Below are positions 40,996 through 54,291 of a stretch of 64,000 nt of DNA, in pieces. Each line of letters starts with the position of its first letter. Positions within the stretch are counted from its first letter, which is position 1. The stretch is taken from assembly GCA_047495785.1 (NCBI GenBank), contig JBLDXI010000007.1, positions 248,001 through 312,000 on the forward strand, read 5' to 3'. Made by a program: the position numbers and the translations under genes. The notes under the pieces are model-generated. The model worked only from the letters and a program-made list of their open reading frames with translations. It had not been told where the DNA came from and did no database searches. The stretch comes from Lepidodermella squamata. Lineage: Eukaryota > Animalia > Gastrotricha.

Positions 40996-41202
40996 ACCCG
41001 TCATCATGCGAAAACTGAACTGACTCATTTGGAAGGAAGAAAATTGGTGTGACGATGTTTATGTGTGCACTCAAATTAATAATTTTGTTAGATTTGAGTT
41101 GACACATTTTATGCCTGTCATTCTGATGATTAATAAAAGTTCGACAACAGGACTATCATTAAATTTTTTCCTTCATTTTGTTACCTCGCCTCTGTGGTGA
41201 CT

Positions 41203-43062
41203 ATGTATTCAAAGCTTTGGACCGCAGCCTCTAATCGACTAGCTGATTTGCACGTAAAAAAAAAGCTGCGTTAACTGAATATCATTTCACTAATTAATAT
41301 CATTACTACAGAATAATGGTTTGACTCTCGAGTCGATCAGGTCGAACCTCACCCGTGAGAGGGTGTCTGAAATTATGAGTGTGCCTGGAGGACCACACTA
41401 CAAATTCTACTTCCCACGTAGGCAAGATCGCGATAGGACTGATTTTAGCGGCCATTTACTTATCATCGTATAGATTACCAAGTAAAGTCGAATATAAAGT
41501 TTTCCATTTCTCAAATTTTTCAGCCGTCAATTTCGATTGGGAATGTACCGCAGCTGGCTATCGACCTGATTCTAGCAACGAACGGGACATTTATTCGAAG
41601 AGTTCGGCGGCAAGACGTGAAGGAGGAGCTGCGACGCATGAAAACTGTCGGCATGAAAAGCGACAGCAGGCCGACTCAGTTCATTCGCAAATCATCAGCC
41701 CCTGGCGAGTTGGATCGCGAAGATTCATACGTTATGCAAGCGACGCGATATCTGGTATCGAAATCGGCCGCTGCTCTGAAGCTGCCAGAGCCTAAACAAC
41801 TGCCATGCGAGCACGCAGGATGGCTGTCGCCGACTATCGAATGCTGGCTGCCTGTTGTAGGCTCGAATCCATTCGGAGAGGCGATGCCTAGAGTTTCATC
41901 AGCTGCTGATGTCTACGTCAATGACGCCCGCAAAAATGTCTTCATTCAATTTCGATCAGAAATTCATCCGGTGACAAAGAAATTACAGTAACAAAAGGGA
42001 TAAATTGGGACATGGCGGTTAAAAAATCAGCTTTTGCTAAAAAATTCTGAAATTTCAAACAAAGTTGGGCAAAGTGACTTCTGAGTTCCCTGCAAATTTT
42101 GAATTTTTTTTATAATTTCCTGATTTTCGGAAATATGCTTGTCAAACTTTAGAAAATTATGCCTAAGTTTGAATTTGCATATTCATGAATTTCATCGCTT
42201 TGAACTCGGGTCAAATTTTTAAAAGGAAATTCCAAATTTATCCTGTTCAAAAAATACAATATTAATACAAATTTATGTTTTTAACAGCAATTTGAGAAAG
42301 CTTTTCTGGACGAGTTTGTCGAGTGGATCAAAGACTCTAATTTCTCCGATGTTGTCATTCTCACTTCGGTGTTTTCGTTCCTTCGAAACGACGCAGAAAT
42401 TCGAGATCCCTGCCAAGTCAGGTGGATTGGCTCACCCGCTATTTTCATCGAGAATAAATCCAAGCTGGCTGAAGCACTCTTCGATACCCTCGGGACTGAG
42501 CTGGAGCTGCATGAAATACAAAAAATTGGGCTGAAAGATCGGAAAGCTGCTCACGCCAGAATCCCTGGTGGCGGATTTGCTGGCAAGCTATTTCGCTCAA
42601 TGTGAGAATTCATTCAACTTTTTTTTATTAATTTTGATGTTTTTCATTCAAGCTGGAGAAAAATTCCGGCTTTACCTTGTGTTGCCTTGATTCGATTCGC
42701 GGCAGAGGGTGACAATTTGAATGACGCAATTGACCTAACAAATCACTTGGCGTCCTTTACCGACATTGTCGATTCGCCTTACTACAACAGGAAGTATTCA
42801 AAAAAACGAGAACCCCCGCCATCATCAAGTATTTCATCGATCAGCAAATTAGTATGAAAAAATCGCCTCTCTGCTGCCAAAAATTTAATTACTTTTTTTT
42901 ACCGCACAGTCATCAGCTGACAGCTTGGAGCTATTTGAGACGGCAGAGGGAAAAGGTTATGATTTCGATTGGCTCAGAAATGATGAGGACTTTGAATGGC
43001 GATTTAAGGCCGACCGACTTCAATGGAAAATTCCGGCGCATTTACAGCTCGGCCTTTACTAA
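41203..43062 (+). CDS. PSMG2: Proteasome assembly chaperone 2 (PAC2)-like protein, copy b
   Basis: FSGHLLII|PSISIGNVPQLAIDLILATN, LPVVGSNPF, RIPGGGF, FAAEGDNLNDAIDL, WKIPAHLQLGLY*. Confidence 0.85.
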
Positions 43063-43476
43063 AAGCCCGTCAAAATGTCTAATTACCTCGTTCGCATTGA
43101 CCTAATAATAAATACAGCTGGCCGAAAATAGGTTCCTCAGGCGCAATAAAAACTGATCACCCCACACGGACTTTTTTTAACGCTATTGATCCGAAGGAGG
43201 CAAAAGCTTTTTTCTTGCTAATTTAAGAAAAGTTGTCGCTGAAAGCCATCGCATGGCGACTTTTCTCCTCGTTGCAATGAATACAGGTGCCAACAGGTAG
43301 CGGTGTTCTATTGGCATATGAAATGACGTGCTGGCTGAATGCTGAATATCTTAGCGCCCCACGAGACTGCGCATTCAATTCAGCAGCTGAAAAAACTCGT
43401 GACATTTTCACAAAATTACACTCCTTGACCGCGTTTTATCTCTATTTTATTGTCTCTAATCGAAACTAGCATAATA

Positions 43477-46266
43477 ATGGCAACCATAGCTTCAACAAAA
43501 GATTACGAAGTTGTCGAGCAAATTAAAGGATCTTTCGCTCAGATAGTTCGGCGCGCTCGAGATGGCGCCGCTCTCTTCGTGAAGCGAGTCAAATTATCGC
43601 CGAACGCAACATTGGACGAATTGGCGAGGTTGAAACGCGAGGCAACAGTTAAAACTCTGAGCCAACTGGATCATCGAAATTTGCTGAAGGTTTTCGCATA
43701 TTTTGAAGGTCATACTCGAATTCTGCGTCAAATTTTCAATAATATTTCCTATTATTAGAGAGTGGATACTGCCATACTGTCTGCGAATTCGTTTCATCCG
43801 TGGGTAAGATTGAAAAATGCTGTAAAATTTAATTCGTAATTTTTTCGACATAGACACATTGGAGAAGCTTATTTTCCGGCAAGAAAACGCGGTTGAGCCA
43901 TTTTCGGAGCAACAAATCGCGCTTTGGGGGATCCAGATCGCAAATGCCATTGCTTACCTGCATAGCAACAACCTGATACATCGCGGCATTCAAGGCGATG
44001 TATGATTTCTGTCTTTTTTAATATTACCTTAATTTAAGTGCTCGAATTTTAGTCATGTTTGGTCGTTAACAAGCGAAAGATCAAACTCTCAGGCTTCGAT
44101 TGGCTTCAGAGCAGCAGGTTACTTATTCCTTGGTTTGATAAAATGAAAATATCGAAATTTCCTAAATTTTCCAGCCCTCAGGACTGCCAGAAAGCGAGCC
44201 TCGTTGGATCACCGGCTTATTGGTCTCCAGAAATAATCAAAGAAGGCCCATTCGATGCCAAAATCGACTGTTGGGCCTATGGTGTTTTGCTATATCAACT
44301 TGCCACACTTCACTTACCGGTCAGCCATCAATTTTGTTGAAAAAAGGATTCACGTAAAAGTTTAAATTTAGTTCGACGCAGCTTGTCCGATCCCTGTGCT
44401 GCTTCAAAAAATTATCAGGTTTCTTGGTCATTTTAATTGAGCTATAAAAGTATTATTGGAAATATCCAGGACTGAACCAGATTCTATAGCTGAGAGATTC
44501 AATGCGAATCTCCGAAGCCTTATATCGAGTCTGCTGAATAAAGACCCGGCCAGTAGACCGTCAATGGTCGAGGTCTGCTCCAGCCCGTTTTTGAAAATAT
44601 CAGCCGAAGAAGCGAGCAAAGTCGATTTTGAAACTCATGGGGTTAGCTTTCAATGGTAATATGGAGATTAATAACTTGTGATTTGTGTAGCTTCAACCGG
44701 CTAAAGCGCTTAATGGATTCGGCCAACCACGATCACCGGGCGTAATAGCTGTTCCTGCACCTGTTCATGCGCCCTTGGAGCCGAAAATGTCTAACGGGGT
44801 TGGGGGAGAGACGAACAAGCTCATGAAGGTAATTAATATAATAATCAGTTTAATTCAAAAATAAATGTCATTTCTCTAGGAAATCGATTCTATCAAAAGA
44901 GAATTCGAATCACTGAAGGAAAAATGTGAGAACGAGGAGAAAAAATGCGCACAACTCGAAGATGAGAATCGACAGCTCAAGGCATTGGTAATATCAAATT
45001 ATTACCTATATCAATTATAATATCAAAGTATTACCTTGAATTTAATTGGATTCTTTCAGCTTGAGAAAACGGTAATGATGAATTCGCGGAAAGAATACAC
45101 TGAGGTTGCTGAGCTCGGCAAAGGCGCCTTTGGCCGCGTAATTCTAGCCAGTCGAAATTCTGATAAAGCCGAGTTCACCATCAAGGAGATAAACCTCACA
45201 GCCATGGTGAAGAAATGTGGCAACGAAAATGTAGCCAAACAAATGATTGAAGCCACTGTTACGGATGTAAGGAAAGCCTTTTTAATTTTTTTAAATTTAC
45301 AGCTCCAATTTTCAGACGGCTACTTTATCTTCCCTGCATCACCCGAATATCGTCCGAATTTTCGGATCTTTTCGAGGTTAGTTAGGTGGCCAATTAATTC
45401 GAAATTCCTTAATAAAATTTCAATTTTCAGAGCAACCAAGAGATGTCGATTTTTTCCACGTGATTATGGAATGCCTGGATCCGAGTACGATAAACAAAAA
45501 TTGCGAAATAATTTATAAAAAAATTCATTTCAGTCACGATGGAGAGCGCTATAAAAGCACGAAACGGCAAAGCTTTCCTCGAGCCTGTGATTCATTTCTG
45601 GGCAAAACAGCTGGTTTCGGTCGTAAAATACATCCACGACCGCGGATTTCTTCATTGCGATATCAAAGCGCAAGTTTGTCCTACAACATTCAGCGTTTTA
45701 AATTTCTTATGAAATTAATAATTTTAAGAACATTTTCCTGGTTAACGGGAGACGTTTGGTGAAGTTGGGCCACTTCGAGTTGGTCAAGAGCCCGAACCAG
45801 CATCGAAGAAGGGCGCTGGCCGATGATTGCCACATGGAGTACAACGCCCCGGAACTGTGGCGAGATGAACCTTTTACAGCTAAAGCAGACGTATGGGCGC
45901 TTGGCTGCCTTCTCTACGAACTAGCCAGCTTAAGTCTACCGGTGAGTTAAACCCATAATCAGGTGGTTCAAAGAGTAATTTTTTGCTTTCTCATTAGTTT
46001 GCCATGTCGAACAGCACAACATTGATGAATATAGTTCAAAAGTAAGAATGATAGTTGCCGAAATATCTCATTAACTTCCTTTGAATTTCATTTATAGCTC
46101 AACGCCAAAGCCTCTAGCAGTCACTTGGAGCCAAGAATTCAAGGCACTGGTTGGAAAAATGATGGAAAAATCACTCGCGAAACGTATAACCAGTGCGCAA
46201 GCACTTGACGATCCTTTCATCAAAGCCAAGCCATCGAAAAAAATTGTCGAATACCTGAATGAATGA
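43477..46266 (+). CDS. NEK-like protein with two tandem degenerate kinase domains separated by a coiled coil, copy 1
   Basis: KD1: no Gly loop, HRGIQGD, LSGFD, GSPAYWSPE, DCWAYG. In-frame linker exons include EIDSIKREFESLKEKCENEEKKCAQLEDENRQLKAL. KD2: LGKGAFGRV, TIKEI, HCDIKAQN, KLGHFE, YNAPE, DVWALGC. Confidence 0.85.
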
Positions 46267-46436
46267 CAATTGATAACATTATCGTTTTTTTCTACATAAC
46301 CTCGTTTTTGTCATCCTACATATCATTTGGTGTACAGTAAAAAAACTTCGTCGTTAAAGTTAATGGGTCATTTATATCCAGGCAACCCTGGTAAATTGCT
46401 TTGCTAACAAAATATTTGAAAAAAATACAACAGAAC

Positions 46437-49400
46437 ATGGCTCTGACTTCGATAAATAACTACGACGTTGTAGAGCAGGTAAAAGGTTCGATTCCGCACC
46501 AAATCGTGTGCCGCAAACGCGATGGGGCTGTTTTTTTTGTTAAACGCTACAGAATTCTCGGCCCAGTCGGTGCCGATGAAACTTCAAAACGCCGAAGAGA
46601 ACTTTATGCTAAAAAGTTGATGTCTCTTGACCACATAAATATCCCAAAAGTTCTGGGAGCATTCGAAGGTAGGTACATAATCAATCTATGTACAACCTCT
46701 CCAACTTTCTCTTATAACCAGAGGAAGGAATCAGCCATTTGGTATTCGAATGCCTTGGATTTCCTGGTCAGAATCTTCGTCCTAATTCGTCTCATGGAAT
46801 ATATTTGCCTATAGATAACCTAGAGAGGCTGATTTTCTGGCACGAAATCACCGTCGAGCCGTTCACGGAGCAGCAAGTAGCACTTTGGGGTCTCCAAATA
46901 GCAAGAGCCCTCAGTTACCTTCATGCCATCGGGCTTATTCATCGATGTGTCGAAGCTGCGTCTTGTCTTGTCATCAATGGAACCTTCATTAAGCTATCCG
47001 GCTTCGATTTCATGCAAAACTATAGGTATCTTCTTGATCCTTACCCTTTTCCTCGAAACTGTCATTTCGTTAAAAAAAGACCCGAAGATTGCAAATCTGC
47101 TTCTCTCATCGGTTCGCCGGCCTATTGGGCTCCTGAAGTCGTTTCAGAGGGCCAGTATGACTACAAGATTGATGTTTGGGCATTCGGAATCCTGCTTTTC
47201 CAACTTGCAACTCTCTATTTACCAGTCAATAATTTTCGAATTCCTAAAACTATTCCTAAACTTTATGTTTATAGTACGACATCGCTTCAAATTCCCTTGG
47301 CGAGATTTTTGATCAAATTATGAAGTGAGTCCTTTAGTTCAAGCTGGTTTCGCCTATTTTTTTTCTTCATAATCCAGTAAAGAGCCGGATCAAGTTCCTG
47401 ACATGTTCAGTCCGAGCTTGCGACTATTGGTAGGAAGACTTCTCAAGAAACAGGCAGCTGAACGACCAAAAATGCATGACATTCTTCAGGATGAGTTCTT
47501 TAAGAATTCAAAACGAGAAGCTGACAAACTGCCGTTCAACCAAACGGTACATAGATTCCCTAGTTTCATTAATTTTTCAATTTTAAATCGAAGATTTTCG
47601 TCAATCCACGTTCCAACTCGGATTTACCGGTGTCTTTAGGGGCGACGGGCAAGATAATGAAGGAAATAGACACGATGAATAGCGATGCCACTGATTTCAG
47701 AATCAGACTGGATCAGGCTGCCAAGTTACGTTTAAAACTTGAGGTTGAAAATTTCCAAATCGGCAAAGTGGTGAGTAAGAAGCTTGTTCTTTTGAAATTT
47801 TTTATAACTTTACTGGACGATAAAGCTTGGTCAATGCATGGAAGACAACAGAATCGCTGGCTACGAAGAGGTTGAAGAGCTTAGCAAGGGCAAATTTACT
47901 CGAGTTTTCGTGGCACAGCGACTGGTAGATTTAGCCGAATTTGTCATCAAAGAAATAAATTTGACGGCAATCGCTTCGAAATGTTCCTTCGAGTATGTCG
48001 CTAATAAATTGGTAAAATCTGTCATCAGCGATGTAAGCTATTTTAATGTCGTTTTTCGAATTTTTACAACAATTCCGCAAATTTCAGGCCAAAACACTTG
48101 CCGCTCTTCGACATCCTAACGTAATCCGAGTATTCGGATCATTTGAAGGTTTAGCTCACTTAAAAGTATTTATTTCCTTTCGTAAAATTGACTGTTATAG
48201 ATAATATCGGTGACGTTCGATACTGCTATCTTGTCATGGAGTACCTTGAGCAAATCACCCTGGAAGACGTTATCTATGACAGAAATGGCAAACTATTACC
48301 CGAATGTGTAGTTCAGCATTGGACCCGGCAGCTGGTATCTACTTTGAAGTACATCCACGAGCTCGGCTATCTGCATTGCGACATCAAATCGAAGGTTGAG
48401 CTTAAAAATTTTGAGTCATTCCACCTCAATTTGACGGGCCACCATAATTCCTAGAAAATCTTAATATGATGTTTATGGAGCTCGAAAATTAAGGGGCTTG
48501 GGGTTTTTCTGTGATCTGATTAGACGATGGAAACGGTGGCCTTTTCAATATTCGCTGAATCGGATTGTACCAATTTATCGGAATTATCGGATTACCGTAG
48601 TAATGGGCCATTTTATTTTAGACAAAACAATGTTTTAGATGATATTTCGGTCTTGATTCAGAAATGTACGAAATTTGAGAAACATGAGTGATCCCTTACC
48701 GTAATTTACCGCAATGGGCCAAAAATGTGGACACCCTAAATTTGGACACTTTGAGATTTGGCCCCAAAATCCAATTGTGCATTCTTAGAAATATTCAAAA
48801 AATGACTCTTGGCATATTTCGAGTTTGGTTACGCAAAAAGCAAATTTGGTTCCGCTACAGCGTATTTGGTTCCTATACAGCAAATTTGGTTCCGCTCACT
48901 GTAAATTTGGTTCCGCTAAAAGATATTCCCATTGACAAATATCACTATAAAATAGCTCGCCTTTTGGCTTTTTCGGCTTTCCAGCTGTACCAAATTTGCC
49001 TATACTTTCATATACCATCGATGTTTGAAAAATCGCCGAAGCTCGATCACTCAAAAAGGTGTTTTGTAACCCCCTGCTTGCCAAACGCTCGCCAGTGAAC
49101 CGTTGGGGCTGAAAATTGTTTAGCACACACATTGATGTATGACGAGGTGATGGTTGTTGATGTCATTTTACTTTGTTTGTTTTCAGGCCCTGATGATGAC
49201 GTGAAAAATAAAACGTCGAAACCTGTCGGCGCGGGGGTGATTGGGTGTTGGGAAAGTAAAAAAACGTGTTTTGTCCAGAATTAGGACGCATTGCGGTATA
49301 TCTGTAAATTTTTGTGATTTTACAATTTTTACCTGATTTTTGGCAATGTTTTTGAACGAAGTTGGACAATTAGCGGGTATATTTTCGGACTCTCATTACA

Positions 49401-50164
49401 AAACGGCATTGTCAATTTTAAGTTTATATTAAATCAAGCCACAAGTGCTAACCCACTTAATTTTTCGAGCTCTACATGAAAACAATTATATTAAGCTATC
49501 GTGAAGACAATGTCGCCTGTCAAACTGAGGTGTTATATAACCCCCCTTTTCAAATAAAGAACATTTTTCTTGACAACAACTGGCGGACGATCAAAATGCT
49601 GCCGTTCGAGGTTGTCAAAAATGCACATCAGTAAGTTCTTCAAGATATGGCTCGTTAGAGTCTCATGAGCTAACCCTACGAATTAATCACCTTACACAAG
49701 GGTTAGGCGGCGATCTATTTCTGATGACAACGGCCTGCTCGAGTACAATGCGCCCGAGTTGTGGCGTGACGAGCCCTACACGGATAAAGCTGACATTTGG
49801 TCACTAGGTTGTTTGTTTTACGAATTGGCCTGCCTCCAATTGCCCGTGAGTAAATTGCTATTATCATCATCTCAAATACTGTTCATTTTTAATTATTATT
49901 TTTTCAAGTATGCATCAAGCCCAGAATGTACGCTGATGACTGCCGTCCTAAAGTTAGTTATTATCTTCAATTTTTATCATTTTTTATTTTTAATTTGTCA
50001 GTTTTGACCGGAAACCTGTGCCGAGTTGCTTTAGCGACGAGCTTAGAGATCTAATCGCTAAAATGCTGCACGAGGAGCCTTGTCAACGATTGAAGAGCCG
50101 TGACGTTTTGAATCATCCTTTCTTCGAGATGCATCTCTCCGGCCTCGGCGAGTTCTTTAATTGA
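46437..50164 (+). CDS. NEK-like dual degenerate kinase-domain protein, copy 2
   Basis: KD1 HRCVEAA/LSGFD/GSPAYWAPE; KD2 LSKGKFTRV, HCDIKSK|NIF, KMLPFE, YNAPE, DIWSLGC; ~1.16-kb intron at 48394-49559. Confidence 0.85.
48476..49474. mobile_element. Putative ~1-kb non-autonomous TIR element in kinase intron
   Basis: Termini tggagctcgaaaattaagggg / cccacttaatttttcgagctcta are inverted; no clean TSD; contains tandem caaatttggttccgct units. Confidence 0.5.
49187..49230 (+). ncRNA. Minimal (Penelope-type) hammerhead-like motif
   Basis: GCC-CUGAUGA-U-GACGU(GAAAAAUAAA)ACGUC-GAAA-CCUG-UC-GGC; stem II 5 bp, stem I 3 bp, stem III vestigial. Confidence 0.5.
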
Positions 50165-50980
50165 GTCGATGCGAAAAAAAAACGACTCGCACTATTGTTT
50201 GCAAATGCTGTTTGTGAAAACGTCACTTGTTTAACACTAAACTGCAAACGCGCATCTTTATCGCGCATGGCTTCTGACAGAAACCCGTTGTTTATACTTT
50301 TTATTTTTATCACAAAAACGGCAGTGAGAAATATTTATCCTTGCGAGTAATATAACTTTTTATTGGAGGCAGCAGTCAATTTGAACCTAATAAAGAAGTT
50401 CATATTTATCATCAAAACGGCGCTACTGTATTAAGAAGCGCATTATACGCGTTATTGCCAGGCTTTTTAACGCCACTTTTTTCGCTAAAACGTTGTGTCA
50501 AACTATTTAAAATGCCCGCTTTGTTTGCTCGCGTATGCGCGCGTATCGATGCGCGCGCGCGACCGCCAATTTTGCGGGTGAAACAGCAATTACGCATACA
50601 ATTACTCGCGAGTAGGTAGTCATTGAAACTCGTATTGGACTATAGGCACCTGTGGCGTTTTGCGGTGCCTGAACGCCGAAAAAATTTAATAATATTTATT
50701 AACTGAACGCTATAAACTTTCTCGCTTTTTTATAAAAATACCTAGCATGACTTCTCATCGTAAGCCAAACACGCTTGTTCGGTCCCAATTATATCGCTAC
50801 AAGTCACACGCTTGATATCGCTTTTTTTTTTAGTTTGCGAAAATATGTTTATAAATATATTTGGCAATTAATGTTGAACTAAATAACCATAGACTGTCGC
50901 GCCACTACTTATTATGATTATTGGCGGCAATACAACAACAGTGAACTCAGTCTGGCCACGCTGTAAATAGGACAATAAAT

Positions 50981-52538
50981 ATGAATCAGCTATTAATCTT
51001 CACCTTGATATGTTTTGTAAAAGGTTAGCCGGGTACAAATTGTCTCCTTAATTTGTAAATAATTTGTAATATTAAGGTGCGCCGTATGATCAACAATGCT
51101 CTAGCGATATCGAATACAGAGTTCCGCCTGAAATCAATCTCGAACTGCCAACGTCGTTCCAGTTCGTCGATTCTGGTCTCACTATATGCCCATCTTATTC
51201 AATCCCATGTGACGGTTAATTTTTGTTATAAAATGAATTTTTCCCGAAATTACAGCGATGATTTTTAGGCTATTTAACCCAATGGCAATTTGTTGCCGTG
51301 AATCCTTACGTTATCGGCCTCAACCTTGGAGTATTCAGACGGCTGTCCGATACGTCGAGTGTATTTTTCCTCGTTGGGTCAACATACCTTAACGCATTAC
51401 ATACCCCGTCGAAAATGCGTCAAACCTGGATTTACCACCCAGTTAATCCTCCAATCGCTGTCAATCAGTCAGACATGCTTGGTGATTTTTCACGAGATTT
51501 TTTAGACAAAATTACAGCGAATTTTATTAGGATTTTTCTACGACGATTTCCAAACCCGAAACGAATTGCTAACCATCGGAAGCATGAGGCTGATTGATGA
51601 GAAGGACATCATAAAATCAGACATGCAACCGTGCCTCGTATCGCTTATCGATGGCAGCAGTTTTGTCAACAAAGGTTCGAGATCTCCAAAAAGCAAGTCA
51701 CGTTTCAATTAATTGACACGCTTTCATTTTGTTTTTATTTTTTTTGTTAAATCGATTTTTGCCTCAGCTAATTCAGGTATCTTTGCATTATACTTGTCAC
51801 CACTGCTACATAGTAGAATAGATTAAATAAATTTAAACTCACCTTCTAGATAGCTAACCTAACTGAAAATTACTTTGCTGATTTATTGCGAATTTTTTTA
51901 TAGAAATCGTGGATATGAATTCAGCAGCGGTAGATTATCGAATGCCTGGCCTGACAGCAATTATAAAAACCAGCTTAATAGAGGCAAATTACCTGGAGCA
52001 ACCTGCAGCAGCAAATTACGAAAATAACGAAGTAGTCGAAGTTACCGTGCCATCAACGCCCGCGTTTTCTCGAAAGTTTCGCACTAGGACAACTACGCCG
52101 ACGACTACGACAACATTAGCCCCTAATTACGCGTCGTCAGGTGATGAGGACGAAAATATACCCTACGAAGTTGGGGGTTCATTAGCCAATGACATGCCTG
52201 CCCCTCCTGAGCCAGTTATGGAAATCTCACCAGCTTCATCATCGTCTGTTCTTGAGATATCCTACTCCAATCCTCAACCAGTCAAAGAAGAAACTCTGAA
52301 GCTATTACCAATAGGTGAGGAAAAATGCGACTCCTTAATTTTTTTTAAGGTTGCTCTTTTATTAGTTTGCCTCAAAACACCAACCGCTCTGCAAATCTGC
52401 GCCGAGGCGTCGACTCGGGCCTTTTTCGACTATCGACAAGGCATTTGTCAAGCCTTTTACGGATGCCCTCCAATAGCCGAGGGCGTCGAAAATAATTTCC
52501 AGTCTCTAGATCACTGCCAGAGAGCGTGTTATAGATAG
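50981..52538 (+). CDS. Secreted PCDG-domain family member G (+ linker + variant Kunitz)
   Basis: SP MNQLLIFTLICFVKRLAG; SIPCDG|YLTQWQF; PPIAVNQSDMLG; Kunitz CLKTPTALQIC..FFDYRQGICQAFYGC..NNFQSLDHCQRAC. Confidence 0.85.
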
Positions 52539-52701
52539 TAGTTACTATCGACGAAATCATTTATTATATACAACTCAGTTATTTTCTATTAAACGGAGCA
52601 ACCAACGATGTGTAATTATTGCTTGATGATTTATTTCGTGTTTTTAAAAATGAAATGAAAGAGATGAATGAATAAAAAGAATCAATCTTCAATAGTTTTC
52701 A

Positions 52702-53082
52702 TCACCCTCTCGTCCTTATGGGTTTCCGATGTTCAACGGCAGCAGGCTGCTGTTCGACTTCGTTGTAATTGTGATCGTAGAATAGATTTTGGTTGTTAAA
52801 ATAACGCTCGTCAAGCTCCATCTTCTGATAGACGAATAGCTGCCGAGCTGCCAGGATCATGACGAGTACAACGGCGTTGGTGAGGCGAAAATTGTTGAAC
52901 AAAAAGGCGATTAGCGACGTGATGGTGTACCAAAGCGTGAAGGCGTAAATGGCCGAGATGAGGATGGCCTGCGTGGCAAGGGAGAGGCGAAATACCAGGC
53001 GTTCTATGCAGTTGACAGGCGGCGGTGAAGCCGGCAGCTCGAGAGAGCAATTCTCGGTGAAAATTTGAAAAAAATTTCGCAT
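52702..53082 (-). CDS. Small membrane protein with 2-3 hydrophobic segments (5' end uncertain)
   Basis: GC-rich ORF with hydrophobic AILISAIYAFTLWYTITSLIAFLF and AVVLVMILAA segments and a polar tail. Confidence 0.55.
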   Translation of the reverse strand: MRNFFQIFTENCSLELPASPPPVNCIERLVFRLSLATQAILISAIYAFTLWYTITSLIAFLFNNFRLTNAVVLVMILAARQLFVYQKMELDERYFNNQNLFYDHNYNEVEQQPAAVEHRKPIRTRG

Positions 53083-54291
53083 CTCATGTAACAATTTTTG
53101 GCAGTAAAAATGTTGTAAATGAGCTATTCAACGTAGGGTCACAAGCTCAAGTATAGCGGTCGCGCGCGGGATTGGCTCTACATTGTGATAGTATAGTACC
53201 GTACGCATTATATTTTGTTAATTAAAATCACAATAGCAATGTGGGTATTAGGAAGAAAATATTTTAGCGCGCAAACATATAGACAAGTGATAACCGGTAA
53301 TAAAATTGTTAGTATTTAGAGCGACGCTATGTACGTGTTATTTGCTACTCGTACAAATAGCTGATGTTCGACCCTCAACCTAACCCTAAAATTATTATTT
53401 TATTCGCAAAGCACGAGTGACATGACCTAAATGAGTGCGTGGCTGAAAGAGCAATAATTTCTAATGCGATGATACACGTAATTTTATTATTCGTGTCATC
53501 ATCATCATCAAGTGACTTTTTAATGCGTGGAAGCAATTTACGTTTTTCTTTCGGTCAAGACTAAAAGGGAGAGGCGTGTGTGAAATAAGACGCCCGCCTA
53601 TATGCTGAAGAGTGATTTGACGTTGTAAGTTTCGAGAAAAACAAATTAAGGTGACTCAGCTAATGTTGTTGCCAGCAGCAGAGTGAGAAAGAGGCAAACG
53701 GCGCCTTGTCGCGCTAATTCAATGACGAAATTACTACTACGTAAAAACTGCAATTGTAATAATGTAAACATTGATAGCCTATAGAGTTGACCAGGTGCGC
53801 GTGGCGTGTATACATTCCAAGATTTTTATTAAGGGAGTTCGAGTGGGTTGGCAATTTTTTCTATCCTCACTGCCTATACGTCGTTGCTCGGGTAGCCAAT
53901 TGTCAGTTCGTGCGAGCGGCTAGCCAACAACGATAGTATCCTAATGACATTACAAACTCTGCACAGACGACCGCGAAGAGGATTTACACCTGGAGACGAG
54001 ATAAGCTGCAGGCCCGCTCATTTTTTCTCCCGACTCGCTAGATTTCGCCTCGGGATTTAACGGTGAGGGGGTACCGAGCCTGCTTATAATGCCACCGTTA
54101 TCATCTCGTACCATCGGCATCGTCACCTATGCGCATCTCGTCCATCTCGTATATATACTACAACTAGCACTCGTTTAATATCTTGTCAAAAAAAACATAA
54201 ACACAAACAAACATTCGTTTACATTTAATTTTGATAAAAATAAATTGTTGTTTATTTTTACCTGCTCCTCTAGGTTAAATTATTAATTAAA

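Noticed and set aside
48810-48920. Short repeats with spacers (caaatttggttccgct; also gcactaaat at ~55610 and gctgttttgtcgc at ~9812) superficially like a CRISPR array
   Set aside because: Units are only 9-16 bp with tiny irregular spacers, lie in transposon-like DNA of an intron-containing eukaryotic locus, and no cas genes are present.
53372-53390. Telomere-like aacct/aaccct words
   Set aside because: Only ~2 imperfect units; expected by chance.
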